A stretch of 63,999 bases of DNA, filler included, from Aduncisulcus paluster (GCA_024181965.1; 11 parts of 11 records of this genome joined end to end with filler, not necessarily neighbours in it); one strand, 5' to 3'; positions 35,614-48,509 are shown, counted from the first letter of the whole stretch. Notes: generated by a model not told the origin, from the sequence alone. Translations and numbers: made by a program.

Positions 35614-38600
35614 ATGACTGTACCTGACAAAACAAAATTTTTGTTAAAAGGAATGAACGCTGATAATTGGCAGGACTTTAAAGATGGTTATGAAGAATAT
35701 TCTTTACAAGGAGGAAAACTTCAAATGGTAAAATTAATTCCAAGAACTCATTTATTGACCCTTATGACCAAAGTTAAAATGGCCCGTTTAACGTCGAAGA
35801 ATATTGAAGACTTCTATAAATAAGTTGAAAAATCTTTTCAAACAACTAATTTGAGAGAGCTGTATCACCGATTGGAACTCCTAAAGATGAGGACGCCAAT
35901 TACGCAAAAAAAACTACGAAGCTTATGTGGCAGTATACCTAAAAGATTTAAATGGGGTGAAAATACCTTTGGAAAAGATAAAAAATCAATAACCGACTAC
36001 TTCATGACGGGATTACCATCTTGTTTAAAACGAGACATACAGGCTGTCTTGGATCACAAATCCTTACAAGAGCATCCTGAGCTCTCAGAGTTTTCAGAGG
36101 ATTTTGCTTATTTCTCCGATCTAATAGACCAATCCAAATCAAAAGCCAAAGAAAAGGAATCAAGAGAAGACGACGAGATATGTTCCTCGGATGATTCGGA
36201 GGTACGTGCTCTAGAAGANNNNNNNNNNNNNNNNNNNNTAAATAAGTTGAAAAATCTTTTCAAACAACTAATTTGAGAGAGCTGTCACACCGATTGGAAC
36301 TCCTAAAGATGAGGACGCCAATTACGCAAAAAAAACTACGAAGCTTATGTGGCAGTATACCTAAAAGATTTAAATGGGGTGAAAATACCTTTGGAAAAGA
36401 TAAAAAATCAATAACCGACTACTTCATGACGGGATTACCATCTTGTTTAAAACGAGACATACAGGCTGTCTTGGATCACAAATCCTTACAAGAGCATCCT
36501 GAGCTCTCAGAGTTTTCAGAGGATTTTGCTTATTTCTCCGATCTAATAGACCAATCCAAATCAAAAGCCAAAGAAAAGGAATCAAGAGAAGACGACGAGA
36601 TATGTTCCTCGGATGATTCGGAGGTACGTGCTCTAGAAGATCTCGATAAGAAACTGAGAGTCTTGGAAAGGAGAAGAAATATCCAGACCCCAAAGGGGGA
36701 ACCGGACGGCAAATTGATCCAAGAGACCGCTTTAACGGAAGAGGGAAAAGAGTTGGAGGAAGAGCTATTTCTCGAGGTATCCCCAGGACTGAAGGTTTTG
36801 TTGTCACATGTGGAAGCTGGTAGAGAAGTTCTGGCAGAACTTCCAGAGGTGGAGATGAAACACAGACAATATGGAAGAAGAGACCAAAGCTTCAACAAAG
36901 ACAAGACTGGGAGGATTAAATGTGAGTTCTGTAAGAGATATGGTCACACAGAAGAAAATGTTATAAAAAAGACCCAACAAAACGCCCAAAGAAGGACAGA
37001 GTCATGAAAATCCAAGACTCACCAGAATTCCGCAAGAAAAAGATAAGGATTAATGGAGTAGAATGTTCCGCGCTATTGGACACAGGAGCAGGAAAAAACT
37101 ACATCAACCAAGTGATATTCGAAAAACTGAAAGCTCAAGGAGTATGTATAAAGGAAGAACCCATTATGATAAAGGTGGCTGACAGAAGGGAAATTGAATG
37201 CTGACAACTGGTCAGAGCAATGACAGAGTTTAAACTGAAAGAATCATCAGTTAAGACCCTGAAACTTGAAATCAATTACCATGTTCTGCCTACTCTGCCT
37301 GATGTCGTTATTGGGAATGAATCGATCGATGCGCTCGACCTGCAAAGACTTGAAGAATTGAAAAGCACGGAGGAAGATCCAGAAGAAACCGTTGAACAAC
37401 CCTTGGACACCGAATTGGAATCCATCATACGAAAACACCAAGCTGTATTTTGTGAAATCAATGAAAAGCCATCTTTGATGGAACCCATGAAAATAATCAT
37501 GAAATCCAAGTACCAAGGTAAAAGCAAGGTAAGACGCATGAGCAAGGAAAAAGAAGACTATCTCCGGAAATTTATCAAGCAACTCGAGGACAAAAAGGTG
37601 GTTGAGGAAATCCAATTTAAGGAGAATGCGTCTCCTGTCTTCGTGGTTCCCAAGTAAGGACCAGAAAAGTACCGATTAGTAATGACTACAGTGGCTTAAA
37701 CCAACAACTTCCCTCTACCCAATATCGAAGCAGTCTTGGAAGGAATGAAAGGAGTTTCTCATTTGGGTACACTAGATTTAACCAATGGATTCTATCAACA
37801 AGAACTGGATGAAAGCAGAAGAAAGCACACTGCATTCATAACTCCATGGGCCGTATATCAATTTAAAAGAGTTCCTATGGGACTTTGTAACAGGCCAGGA
37901 GCATTCCAGAGAGAGATGACGAAGATCCTTAAGAAAGGAATCGGTTCAAAATGTTTCGTATTCATCGATGACATTGCAGTATTCGGGAAAACGCAGGTGG
38001 AATACTATCGAAACATGGATTGGGTATTGGAAAGTTTAAAGAAGAACAACATTTAACTCAAGCGGTCGAAATGTGTTTTTAACAAACAACAAGTGAGATT
38101 CTTGGGTAGGCTCATCTCAAGCAAAGGAATTAAAATTGATCCCGAAAAGTACTCAGCTCTAAGGAATCTACGTAACCCCACAACAACAAAGGAAGTGAGG
38201 AGCTTGTTTGGCCTGATGAGTTACAGTCGGAAGTATATTGATCACTTTGCTGAAAAAACAGAATTTCTTACGCAGAGAATGAGCTTGAAAAGACAACCGG
38301 AGTGGAAGAAGTCAGAAGAAACAAAGCTAAGACAATTACTAGATGAACTCCAATCCGCAGAAGTCTTGGCGTTCTATCAGCCGGGAAAAAAATTGATAGT
38401 ACAAACAGATGCATCGAAAATCGGCATCGGAGCAATGCTCAAACAAGAGCAAGAAGGAGAGGAAAGAGTAATTCAATACTTCTGTTTGGGATTAACGAAT
38501 TATAATAACTTATAATTGTTAATTATGTATTAATATTAAGCTGTTAGAAGTAATTTAAGGAATGGAGTTAACAGTATTGGGTGACGAGGTGTCAACCAAC

Positions 38601-39245
38601 TTGTCACCGGGAAAGCTTGACAAGAACATTTAGAATAATAAATTTGAACTCGAGAATTATTGTATAACAGTAATCAACAACTTCTCTAGAGTATTGAATG
38701 AGACCCAGAAAAGATGGACTGTAAACGAAAAAGAAGCCTATGCCATACAACAAGCATTGAAGAAGTGGGAGCACTATCTTTGGGGTGAACGTTTTCTTCT
38801 GCTGACGGATCACAAAAACCTCACATACTTAATGCAGAGAGCCGCTAGCGATAAAGTGAAGAGATGGAGGGACTACATCTCCAAATTCAGCTTCGAAATC
38901 AAGCACATCAAAGGAGAAGACAATATGATCCCTGATATGTTATCAAGAATGCTCAAAAACTCATTAGATAACACGGTAATGATTTTGCAAACACCTTCAA
39001 CCTTAATTGATCAAGTTAAAGAAAGCCAAAAAGAAATGGACCACACGAAAATGATGTGGGATGATTCTCTAAAAATCTGGCGAAGAGAAGGAAAATGCAT
39101 CATCCCTGAATGAAATCAAGAAATCAAAAGGCAAATACTCGAATTAGCCCATGGTAGACCAGGGATTGGTCACCCAGGAATCAACCAGACGGACGAATTG
39201 ATTCCATTCTTTCAAAGAACAATCAACAGTACATTCAACAGCAGT
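35614..39245 (+). mobile_element. Degenerate Ty3/Gypsy LTR retrotransposon (gag-PR-RT-RH-truncated IN)
   Basis: Zn-knuckle CEFCKRYGH, protease ALLDTGA, RT LDLTNGFYQ/PMGL/FIDD, RNase H TDAS...EKEA...TDHKNL...GEDNMIPDMLSR and integrase start AH...GHPG. Multiple stops and frameshifts. Confidence 0.93.
38483..38679. mobile_element. 197-bp solo LTR with 5-bp target-site duplication
   Basis: TGTT...AACA flanked by ACTTC (38478-38482 and 38680-38684). Removal restores RNase H IQYF-SRVLNETQKRW. Confidence 0.9.
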
Positions 39246-39352
39246 ATTTAAGATTTATACAGCATTATATTTTTGTCACAGCAATAGTAAATTTGTTAAC
39301 GGTATATAACTTTTATTATTATTATACCACAATTGATCAATTCTTAAGAATA

Positions 39353-39779
39353 ATGGAAGAATTAAAGGAAACAGAGCTTGTTTTTCGCGAGGATCGAGCC
39401 CATTTCTAGACTCAGCAACGGCAGAGAAGTGGCGAGTATATTTATTAAAAAATTCAAGTTGTGTCGACAACGACATGCGAAAGTACAACTCATAGTTTGC
39501 ATTAAGAGTAGTACTCTGCGTCTACTGAAAATTCTGTCAAATTTCGAGGGCGATTGTAAGAATAAGGAAGAAGTATATGACTTTATTGCGTCTGTTAACA
39601 AGAAGTTTGAAATTAAAACAGAAGCCGAGACAATTGATGGGTTCAGAGTAATTCGTATGAAACAAGAATATTCGACAGCCGCATTGGAGGTATATTGCGA
39701 TAAGTTTGTGGATATAATGGAACATACGAAATCTGTAATTGAAGGTAAAGAGGGAGACTTTCTGGAAACAACGATTCAT
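39353..39779 (+). pseudogene. Degenerate gag-like fragment of a second LTR element
   Basis: KFEIKTEAETIDGFRVIRMKQ parallels KSFQTTNLRELYHRLELLKMR of the 35614 gag. Frameshifted 5' part, cut at about 39780. Confidence 0.5.
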
Positions 39780-40199
39780 TGTTATTATATTGTTTGTTAT
39801 CGTTTTCATATGTATTTCTCATGTTCTATTTATAGATCATATTGTTCCGATTTATTTTAGTAAATTGTACCAAGTTAACAGTATTAATACTCTGACAAAA
39901 TGAGTACAAATGGCAATAACGTGCTGCTAGCAGCCCCGTTTTTGAAAAAATTTGATCGCAAGTCCTGGTTTTTATTTCACAGGGATTTTTCTGTGTACAA
40001 AGCCCGAGGTGGTGAAGCTGCGTGGATTACATTGGTAGATCCTTGTTTACTTGAGACTCTCTTCTTGGCTACCGGATTACAGGATTCTGTGTCCGCTGAG
40101 GAATTGAAGACTGAACTTGACAAGAAATTCGGTGCTTCTTCCACCCAAGCTTTTTTTGATGATTTGGATAAGCTCTCGGTAACGGTTTTGGATCAATCT
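39780..40199 (+). mobile_element. 5' end of a third Gypsy-like element: candidate 101-bp LTR plus gag start (39900)
   Basis: TGTTA...TAACA (39780-39880). FLKKFDRKSWFLFHRDFSVYKARGG is similar to LLKGMNADNWQDFKDGYEEYSLQGG at 35614. Confidence 0.65.
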
Positions 40200-40299
40200 N
40201 NNNNNNNNNNNNNNNNNNNNNNNNNNNNNNNNNNNNNNNNNNNTTAATTAATTAANNNNNNNNNNNNNNNNNNNNNNNNNNNNNNNNNNNNNNNNNNNN
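40200..40299. other. Artificial contig linker
   Basis: N44-TTAATTAATTAA-N44. Confidence 0.98.
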
Positions 40300-42763
40300 T
40301 CCATCAAGAACATTATTGACACTTTCTTGCCTTCAATGATCCGAGTTGAAAATATTCTGAGAGTGAAAGAAGAAGAAGAGGAGGAGGAGGAGGAAGAAGG
40401 TGGAACTGGTGAAGCTGGAGTGAATTCCATTACAATGTTATTATTTAGGATGCTTGGCAACTCTACAAATCATGTTGAATCCCTTTGTGTTTCCATTTTC
40501 CCCCAAATTTCTTCCCTCCTCTCCAAGATGTTTATTCTTACCCTATCCAAGAAATTTGAAGATTCTTTTATTGAGGATATCCTTCTAACATGCGCAACTA
40601 TTGCATATGCCAAAGATGATCCCACCAAGAACTCTCTTTTATCCCTTCTTCTCCCTCACATCTTACCTTGGATGAAGAAGTATCATGATAAGAAGTTCTT
40701 TTTCTTGTGGACAAACATCTTGAAGAATATTACACTTGATAAAGATAACACCGATCCTCATAAAGATCGTTCCTCAAAACTTTGGTTTGTCTTCCATCCT
40801 GTCTTGGATGTGATTAAGGATACTGCTTCCAAAGGTGTTACATTTGATGATGCTGCTGTAATTCGTTGTTTATTGTTCTTTGCTAACTTGAGTTGTATTC
40901 CTTCCCAAGCTGTTGAAGTGCATGATTGTATTAAAGATGGTCTTCTTGATGGTTGGTTTGAGATGATAAAGAAAAAGAGTGAAGCAGGGAAAGGTGATGG
41001 TAATTGGGGAATCAAATACTGGTCCAGACTCATTTCCATGTTCTCCACTGTTCCATCTCTTGTTCCTCACATATCTCCCAAATATGATGCCTACATGGAA
41101 TGGTGTAAGAAGAATGGGGGTCGGTATGATGATTATTCAAGATATCTTGTTAACTGCTATCCTTCTCTGAAAAAATGGTCAGAATTAGTTGAATCTATCA
41201 AGAAATCCCCTGACTCAGAATCCACTTCCAAACTCTACCATGAACATCGAGATGAGTTTCTTTCCGTCTTCCTTACATTCCAATCAAAGAGTGAGATTGA
41301 AGAGCATAAGAGAGAGATAGTTCTCTGTTCTCAGTGTTTAAGATGGTTTGCTAGACATTATATTTCTGGAAATATGATCTTTCTCCCTATTCCTGATCTG
41401 AATGATCTCATTGACACTTTCATTGGTCATCTATCAAGATGTGAGGAAGTGTTGGAAGGAGATGTTGATGAAGAGTATTGTATGATTTGTGTGAGTTATA
41501 CTTTCAAAGTTCACGATAAAAGAGATTCCTTCCTTCGAAAGATCTCCCCCACTTTCCAACGTATTCTTGAGAGAGGAAGTAAGGAGAAGTTGGGAGGTAA
41601 AGTTGCTCGAAGTTTATTAATAACTCTCAAAAACATCTCTATCTCTCCCTCTTCTTCCACTCGATCCTCTATTCTCACCCTCATCAAACCATATATCAGA
41701 GATTGGTTGAGGATATACAATGATAGTAAGTGTTATGGAAGTTGGATGTTTATTCTATCAAAAATCACCCTCTCAAGTGATGATTCAACCCCCAACAAAT
41801 CCATCTGTTATAAAGCTTGGGCTCTCTTCCACCCTGTTCTTGATGTTGTTAAGAGAGAGTTTGTCGGGGATAAGATTGTTCAGGATGATCATGAATGGGT
41901 TTTATTATTCTTCTCCAACTTATGTTGTGATCCATCACATGCTGTTGAAGTCTATGATAATGTTAAGGATCTTCTTGATATGTGGTTTACAGTTATGAAG
42001 AAGGAAGGACATAAACGGGGAATCAAATACTGGTCCAAACTCATTTCCATGTTCTCCACTGTTCCATCTCTTGTTCCTTTCATATCTCCCAAATATGATA
42101 CCAACATGAAATGGTGCAACAATAATGGGGGTTGGAGTGACGATTATTCAAGATATCTAGTTAACTGTTATCCTTATCTGAAATGGTCAGAATTAGTTGT
42201 AACTATCAACAAGTGCCCTGACTCAGCATCAAAATACAGGTTGTACCATGAACATCGAGATGAGATTCTTTCTGTCTTCCTTGCATTCCAATCAAAGAGT
42301 GAGATTGAAGAGCACAAGAGGGAGATTGTTCTTTGCGCTCAGTGTTTAAGATGGTTTGTTAGACATGTTATTTCTGGAAATGATATCTATCTCCCTATTC
42401 CTGATCTAAATGATCTCATTGACACTTTCATTGGTCATCTATCAAGATGTGAGGAAGTGTTGGAAGGAGATGTTGATGAAGAGTATTGTGATATTTGTAT
42501 CAATTATACTCACAAAGTTCATTATAAATGTGATTCCTTCCTTCCTAGGATCTCTCCCACTTTCAAACGTATTCTTGAGAGAGGAAGTAAGGAGAAGTTG
42601 GGAGGTAAAGTTGCTCTAGATTTATTAAGAACTCTCAGAAACATCTCTATCTCTCCCTCTTCTTCCACTCGATCTTCTATTTTCACCCTTATCAAACCAT
42701 ATATCAGAGATTGGTTGAGGATATACAATGATAGTGAGTGTTATAAACATTTGATGGTTATTC
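40300..42763 (+). CDS. Helical-repeat family member (ARM/HEAT-like), partial at both ends
   Basis: Open across the whole contig. Tandem units of about 340 aa contain FHPVLDV, WSKLISMFSTVPSLVP.ISPKYD and EHRDE.LSVFL.FQSKSEIEEHK. Confidence 0.88.
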
Positions 42764-42863
42764 NNNNNNNNNNNNNNNNNNNNNNNNNNNNNNNNNNNNN
42801 NNNNNNNTTAATTAATTAANNNNNNNNNNNNNNNNNNNNNNNNNNNNNNNNNNNNNNNNNNNN
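42764..42863. other. Artificial contig linker
   Basis: N44-TTAATTAATTAA-N44. Confidence 0.98.
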
Positions 42864-43623
42864 ACAGCAAAAGGGATCAACTTGCCCGAACACAACAGAA
42901 CAACATTCTGCGTATCAAGCATGAAACCTTGGTTGAAAAATCTCATAATTTCACATGAGTAAAACAAGAAAATTATTCATTACTCTCTTCTGTCACAAAA
43001 CTTCCGTGACAATTCAAATATTTCAACTGTGACCTTACGCTTCACATATTCGTGTAATACGACAAAAGTTTCTTTATAATAAAACTTATGTGGAGCAAAT
43101 GGCATCGGTCAAATTCATAATAAACGACTCTATTCTAGCAAATCGAGTCATTTCCGGTTTCGCCTTATACATGTGAACTATCATGTTCACAAAGCCGAAA
43201 TTAATAAATAAATTTCAATATTTATAACTTTTTAAAATAAATTTGTCTGGAAATATTTTCAATTCCCTTGAAAAAATTTTGCTTAACCGTTTTTGTGTAA
43301 AACGTGCAAATAATTAAAATAAAACTCATAAACCTCCATCCTGAGATTGCACTCAGTTTTAAAACTGTCGAACCACAGGGGGTTCTGGTGTATTGGTGAT
43401 ACAATTTATTATAGAACGGGCGGTTGCCGGCTCGGACCGGTAAGAGGACACAACACCATAAGCCTCATATTATTTTCTTATTACAGCAAAACTTTAATTC
43501 TATTACTATTATATCGTTTAGATATGATTCCAACTAGTATCCGTATTGAAGGTATGTAACTCAGTTAGCACAGAAGTAGTGGATTGACCCATCCCATCAA
43601 AAATATATCGATCCAATATAAAT

Positions 43624-43696
43624 CGCCCACCGTGGGGCTCGAACCCACGACCGTTCGGTTAAGAGCCGAACGCTCTACCGACTGAGCTAGGTAGGC
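43624..43696 (-). tRNA. tRNA-Lys(CTT)
   Basis: GCCTACCTAGCTCAGTCGGTAGAGCG-TTCGG-CTCTTAA-CCGAA-CGGTCGTGGGTTCGAGCCCCACGGTGGGCG forms a 73-nt cloverleaf with no encoded CCA and a T-run downstream. Confidence 0.97.
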
Positions 43697-44192
43697 GCAA
43701 TTGGTAAATTTTATATATTATTGGTATTTAAAGGGTATCAAATTCGTCAATATTTTTGACATTTCTCCTATTAATTAGAAAATACACGATTGTTAGTCCT
43801 CATTTTTTATTGTCTTCATTAACGAAAAAAATTCATTAATCATTAATGACTAAAATCTAGAGACTCTAAATGAAATGATAATTACTATTACAGAAACTCA
43901 AGGGAAAAAAATGAAATCATTTGGAATTTGGGAATTAAAAGCGAATAAAAAAGAAAATTCATAGTTAAAGTTAAAATTATCATTAAAAACTATAATTACT
44001 AGAAAATAGTGGAATATCATGAGAAAAAAAAAATTGGATATATATTTGGATATAAAAATCTCCTTCCACCTTGAATATCAAGTGAAAACATATGAAAGAA
44101 AATGAAAGAAAATGAAAGAAAATGAAAAAGATATGGAAGGAGTATCCTACAATCTTGGTGCAGATAGTATACAAATAGAATGATAATACTTC

Positions 44193-47100
44193 TTATTTCT
44201 TACGAGGTGTTCCATGAGAGCGTTTTTTCTCAGATTCTGGCTTCTTCTTCTTTCTCTTCTTCTTGGTTATTCTTTTCTTCGTCTCATCTTTCTCACCTTT
44301 CAAAGATTCGATATTTTTAGAAGCGACAGAATCGATACCATCAATCGGTGCCAGTGCAATGCGTTTTGAACTCTTATGTTTTTTCTTTACGGTTGAACCA
44401 TGCTCATGTTTCTTGGATCTCTTCACTCTACGAGTTTTTGTAACAGTTGGTACAGAAACTTGTCCATCCATGTCATTAGATTGTAAATGTGCATCATCTC
44501 TAATAGAAACTCTAGGACTCTCGATAGCGGCAACATCAACAGAAAGTATCCCATGCACACCAACTTCTTTCTCATTTTCGACACAAGGAACATGTGAAGC
44601 ATACGATTCGTCCAAAATAACTGAAGATGCATCAAATCGAAGATCAACAGGTTGGAGAGAGGAGAATGGTGGAACCGATTGTCTATTTATAGTTGATAAA
44701 TGAGAAACATTATTCTTTTTCTCACTATTTTTCTCAATGTTTTTCTTGGTTTTAAACCACATAAAGAATGTGAAAGCAGCGAATGCAACACAGAAAATGA
44801 AAATAATACACAAAATAACCAGCCCAACGTGACCTTTTGCCTCATCTTCACAGTATAAACCGGTCCAACCATCATTGCAGACACAATCGTATTGGAAAAT
44901 CCCAGAATTGTAGTAGCAACTTCCATGGGAAGAACACACCATCGAGGAATTGAATTCCACCCCACACCGATCCAGAGAACAAGATATTGGGGAGGAAGTG
45001 AGTGAATTATCTGAATAAGAACCCCATCCATACTCACACTGACATAAAGCTGTTTGGTAATCGGTATCAAACACACAGGTGCCATGACTATCCGTGGTTG
45101 TTCCACAGGTCAAGCAAGCAGTGTCATTTCCAGCAATGTCCTTATATTCAGGGTGAGTCGCAGGATCAATGCATGTGGATGTGGATGCATCAGTGATGAG
45201 ACCATAGGAGGAACAGTCACACGAATATGTGTCAGTGTCTGATGAATAGATTCCATAGTCTGAATATGATGAAGATGGATCTGTGGAGTAATTAACTCCA
45301 CACACATAATCAACGATAGTCGGGTTTGTTTCATCATCATCATTCACATACTCAACAGTCTCAACAGGATATTGAGTGAAACATGTTGACCCATACCATC
45401 CAGCATCGCATTCACAATACAATGTCTCAGAAGAATAATCAGAAAATANNNNNNNNNNNNNNNNNNNNGATCAATGCATGTGGATGTGGATGCATCAGTG
45501 ATGAGACCATAGGAGGAACAGTCACACGAATATGTGTCAGTGTCTGATGAATAGATTCCATAGTCTGAATATGATGAAGATGGATCTGTGGAGTAATTAA
45601 CTCCACACACATAATCAACGATAGTCGGGTTTGTTTCATCATCATCATTCACATACTCAACAGTCTCAACAGGATATTGAGTGAAACATGTTGACCCATA
45701 CCATCCAGCATCGCATTCACAATACAATGTCTCAGAAGAATAATCAGAAAATAGATCACTGACAGCACATCGACCATGCAGACCACATCTTGACAAACTG
45801 TCACAATAGAGGTTGCATGCTGATCCATAATACCCAGACTCACACACACATGTATGGGTGGCAGCATCACATGTTCCACGAGAAGATCCACTGCACATGC
45901 CAAAGGTAGATACAGGGCAGACAAAGGAGCAATCATCACCATACCATCCATCAGAACACTCACAATACGGCAAAGAATCGCCAGAATCCACATCATACAC
46001 ACATGTTCCACGCTCACCACCACAGTTGGAGCATGAAGAAGGAGAGGAGGAAGCAGCGGAAACACATTCACCAGAAGAAACGTCTTCATAGTATCCTGAC
46101 CCACAGATGCATGCCAACTCTGTATCATCACCATTGTCAACAGAGTAATCAACTCCACACACACGATGATCCTCAATTAAACATAAAACAGAGCCAGATC
46201 CACATGGAGAAGTCGTATCTTGAGAAACAGATGATTCTGAGGGATCACTCACATCTCCGAATATAACCTCAACCCCAGATAAGTCACAATTGCACATGGC
46301 AGTGAGAGTTTCCATGCATTGGGAGCTCGTCGAACCACAATCGAGTCTATTATCACTGACGTCAACAAATACTGCATGACTATCATTATTCGCACTCACA
46401 ATTGTCAGTAATAGAGCAAGGTCAGAGATGGAGTTGTCACTCAGAGTCAGATGTGTCACACCAGAGAAACCAGGCTGGAGTGAAACGATGGTAGGGTCAG
46501 AGATAGCATTGGAGGACAGATCAAGATGTGTCAGAGTGGATGACAATGGATATACTTTCGTTCCATCATCACTGCTGACACACTGACCACTGCACATGGA
46601 TAGGTTGTTCAGCAAAGAAGCAATAGAAGACAGATCGGAACCAATGGAATCACTCCCACTGATCTCCAGAGAACTTAGAGAACAAAGACCAACACAGTAC
46701 GATTCAGACGTTCCATTCCAGCGTGAAGTGTCAGACTCAAGATCCATCTTCAGAGCACCGACAGCATCCGTCAATGTGCTCAGAAGTGATACATCCATGT
46801 TTTCAAGGGAATCAAGCTCAAGCACATACAACGAGGATAAGGATGCAATGGGTGATAGATCGGAGATGAGAGTGTTCCCAGGCTCAAACGAAAGGATCTC
46901 AAGGTGCTCGGCATATTCAAGCCCTGAGAGGGAAGCCACGGTGGTTGGGATGGTGAGAGATGTGATGGTGGAGAGATCATCCACAGTCAGCGAGGAGAGA
47001 ATGTTTTCAGCAGCAGAAGAAGAACATAACGATTGAACATCTGCATCATCAACATATATGGACTCACAGATAGCTTCAACGAGGGCAACATCCATCTCGA

Positions 47101-48408
47101 TGTCAACCAGGGTGTTCCCACTCTCAAGTTCACAAAGGTCACCAGTCATCAGAGGTGACGAGCAGTAACATGTGTGCACTTCAGCGATACAATCATTATA
47201 ATTTGACCCATCGTTACTACATACATACCCATACTCATCAACAGGACATTCGGACACACAATCATCCCCATACCATCCATCAGAACACACAATGGATATT
47301 CCATTCACGGATGCATCAGATCCTATTCCAATGCACTTCTTATGGTTATCCAAAACATCAGAAGAGGCACACATGGAAAATAGGGAAGCATTTCCATCAT
47401 CGATGAGCACACAAGATAATGAGGATGAACTCACATCGGTGTAACATGATGAACAACATGTTGCAGAATACTTGCCAGGCCAGATCTCAGAGCAGACGAT
47501 ATTGGATGAGAGTAAAATGGAAGAAGATGTGGAATCATCAGTACAAAGACAAACATTACCAGCGAAGATAGAATACCCATCACTTGTCAACGGTGATAAC
47601 GGTGATGTGAAGACAGAAACGAAAGCATTCACTTCCTCTTCATCATCCATGCCACAGATATTGTTGACACGCAGATCAAGTGTGGTGAGAGTGGATGAAA
47701 GCAAGAACAATGGAGATGGATCAGAGATGTTGTTATCACTGGCATCCAGATACTCTAACATCGGGAACAGGATCGTGAAAGAGGAAGAAACAGAATCAAC
47801 TTCATAGAGCCACAACAAATCATCCAACTCCATGCCACTTACATCAAGTTTGGTTAGATATGATCCAAAAATAGATGTAACTTCAGAAAATGAGATACTG
47901 GGGTTGTTACCAATTCGCAAAGAGGTCAAAAGACCAGACAGAGACGAGATCTGGGTCAAGTCATCCACGGCTGTATCGGAGATGTTCAGATCAGTCAGAT
48001 GGTTAAACTCACTCAAGGAGTCAAGAACAGAGATATCACTCAAGGAAGTGTTTCCACTCAGATCGATGCATGTGATGTTCGTGAGATATTCAAGTCCAGA
48101 TAAGTCAGTGATATCAAGACTGGACAGATCAAGACATTCATCAGTAGACAATGTAATCCCTGCAAGATCACTCTCTGTCAGATCACCATCAATCAGATCG
48201 TCACATGTGGAGTCATGACCATCAACAAGTGAACACAGAGCAGAGAGAATGTGGGAATCAGCGAATGTAACATATTGACACGAATCACCATGGAAGCCAG
48301 AGACAGAGCAATCACAAGTATGTGTTGAACTGTCACATGTCCCATACTCAGAGCCTCCACATTGTAATTGGTTGGAATAATGAAGTGGACATTCATCCAG
48401 ACACTCAT
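44193..48408 (-). CDS. LRR and EGF-like cysteine-rich single-pass surface protein, 5' partial
   Basis: Internalin-like LRRs (ITDLSGLEYLTNITCIDLSGN) alternate with EGF-like units (C.C.DGWYGDDC). TM segment VGLVILCIIFIFCVAFAAFTFFMWF, then a basic cytoplasmic tail. Split by a 20-N gap with duplicated flanks. Confidence 0.9.
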
Positions 48409-48508
48409 NNNNNNNNNNNNNNNNNNNNNNNNNNNNNNNNNNNNNNNNNNNNTTAATTAATTAANNNNNNNNNNNNNNNNNNNNNNNNNNNNNNNNNNNN
48501 NNNNNNNN
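48409..48508. other. Artificial contig linker
   Basis: N44-TTAATTAATTAA-N44. Confidence 0.98.
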
Positions 48509-48509
48509 C

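Noticed and set aside
35821-38056. In-frame TAA codons in Gypsy gag/pol as evidence of TAA=Gln recoding
   Set aside because: Host genes (ubiquitin, H3, RIB43A, SLC12) end in TAA, and the element also has frameshifts, so ordinary decay explains the stops.
43530-43570. AACTAG...TTGAAG|GTATGT as a spliced-leader RNA
   Set aside because: No Sm site or tandem array is visible, and the resemblance is too short to support.
44090-44130. ATGAAAGAAA tandem repeat
   Set aside because: A simple minisatellite in an AT-rich 3' region with no further structure.
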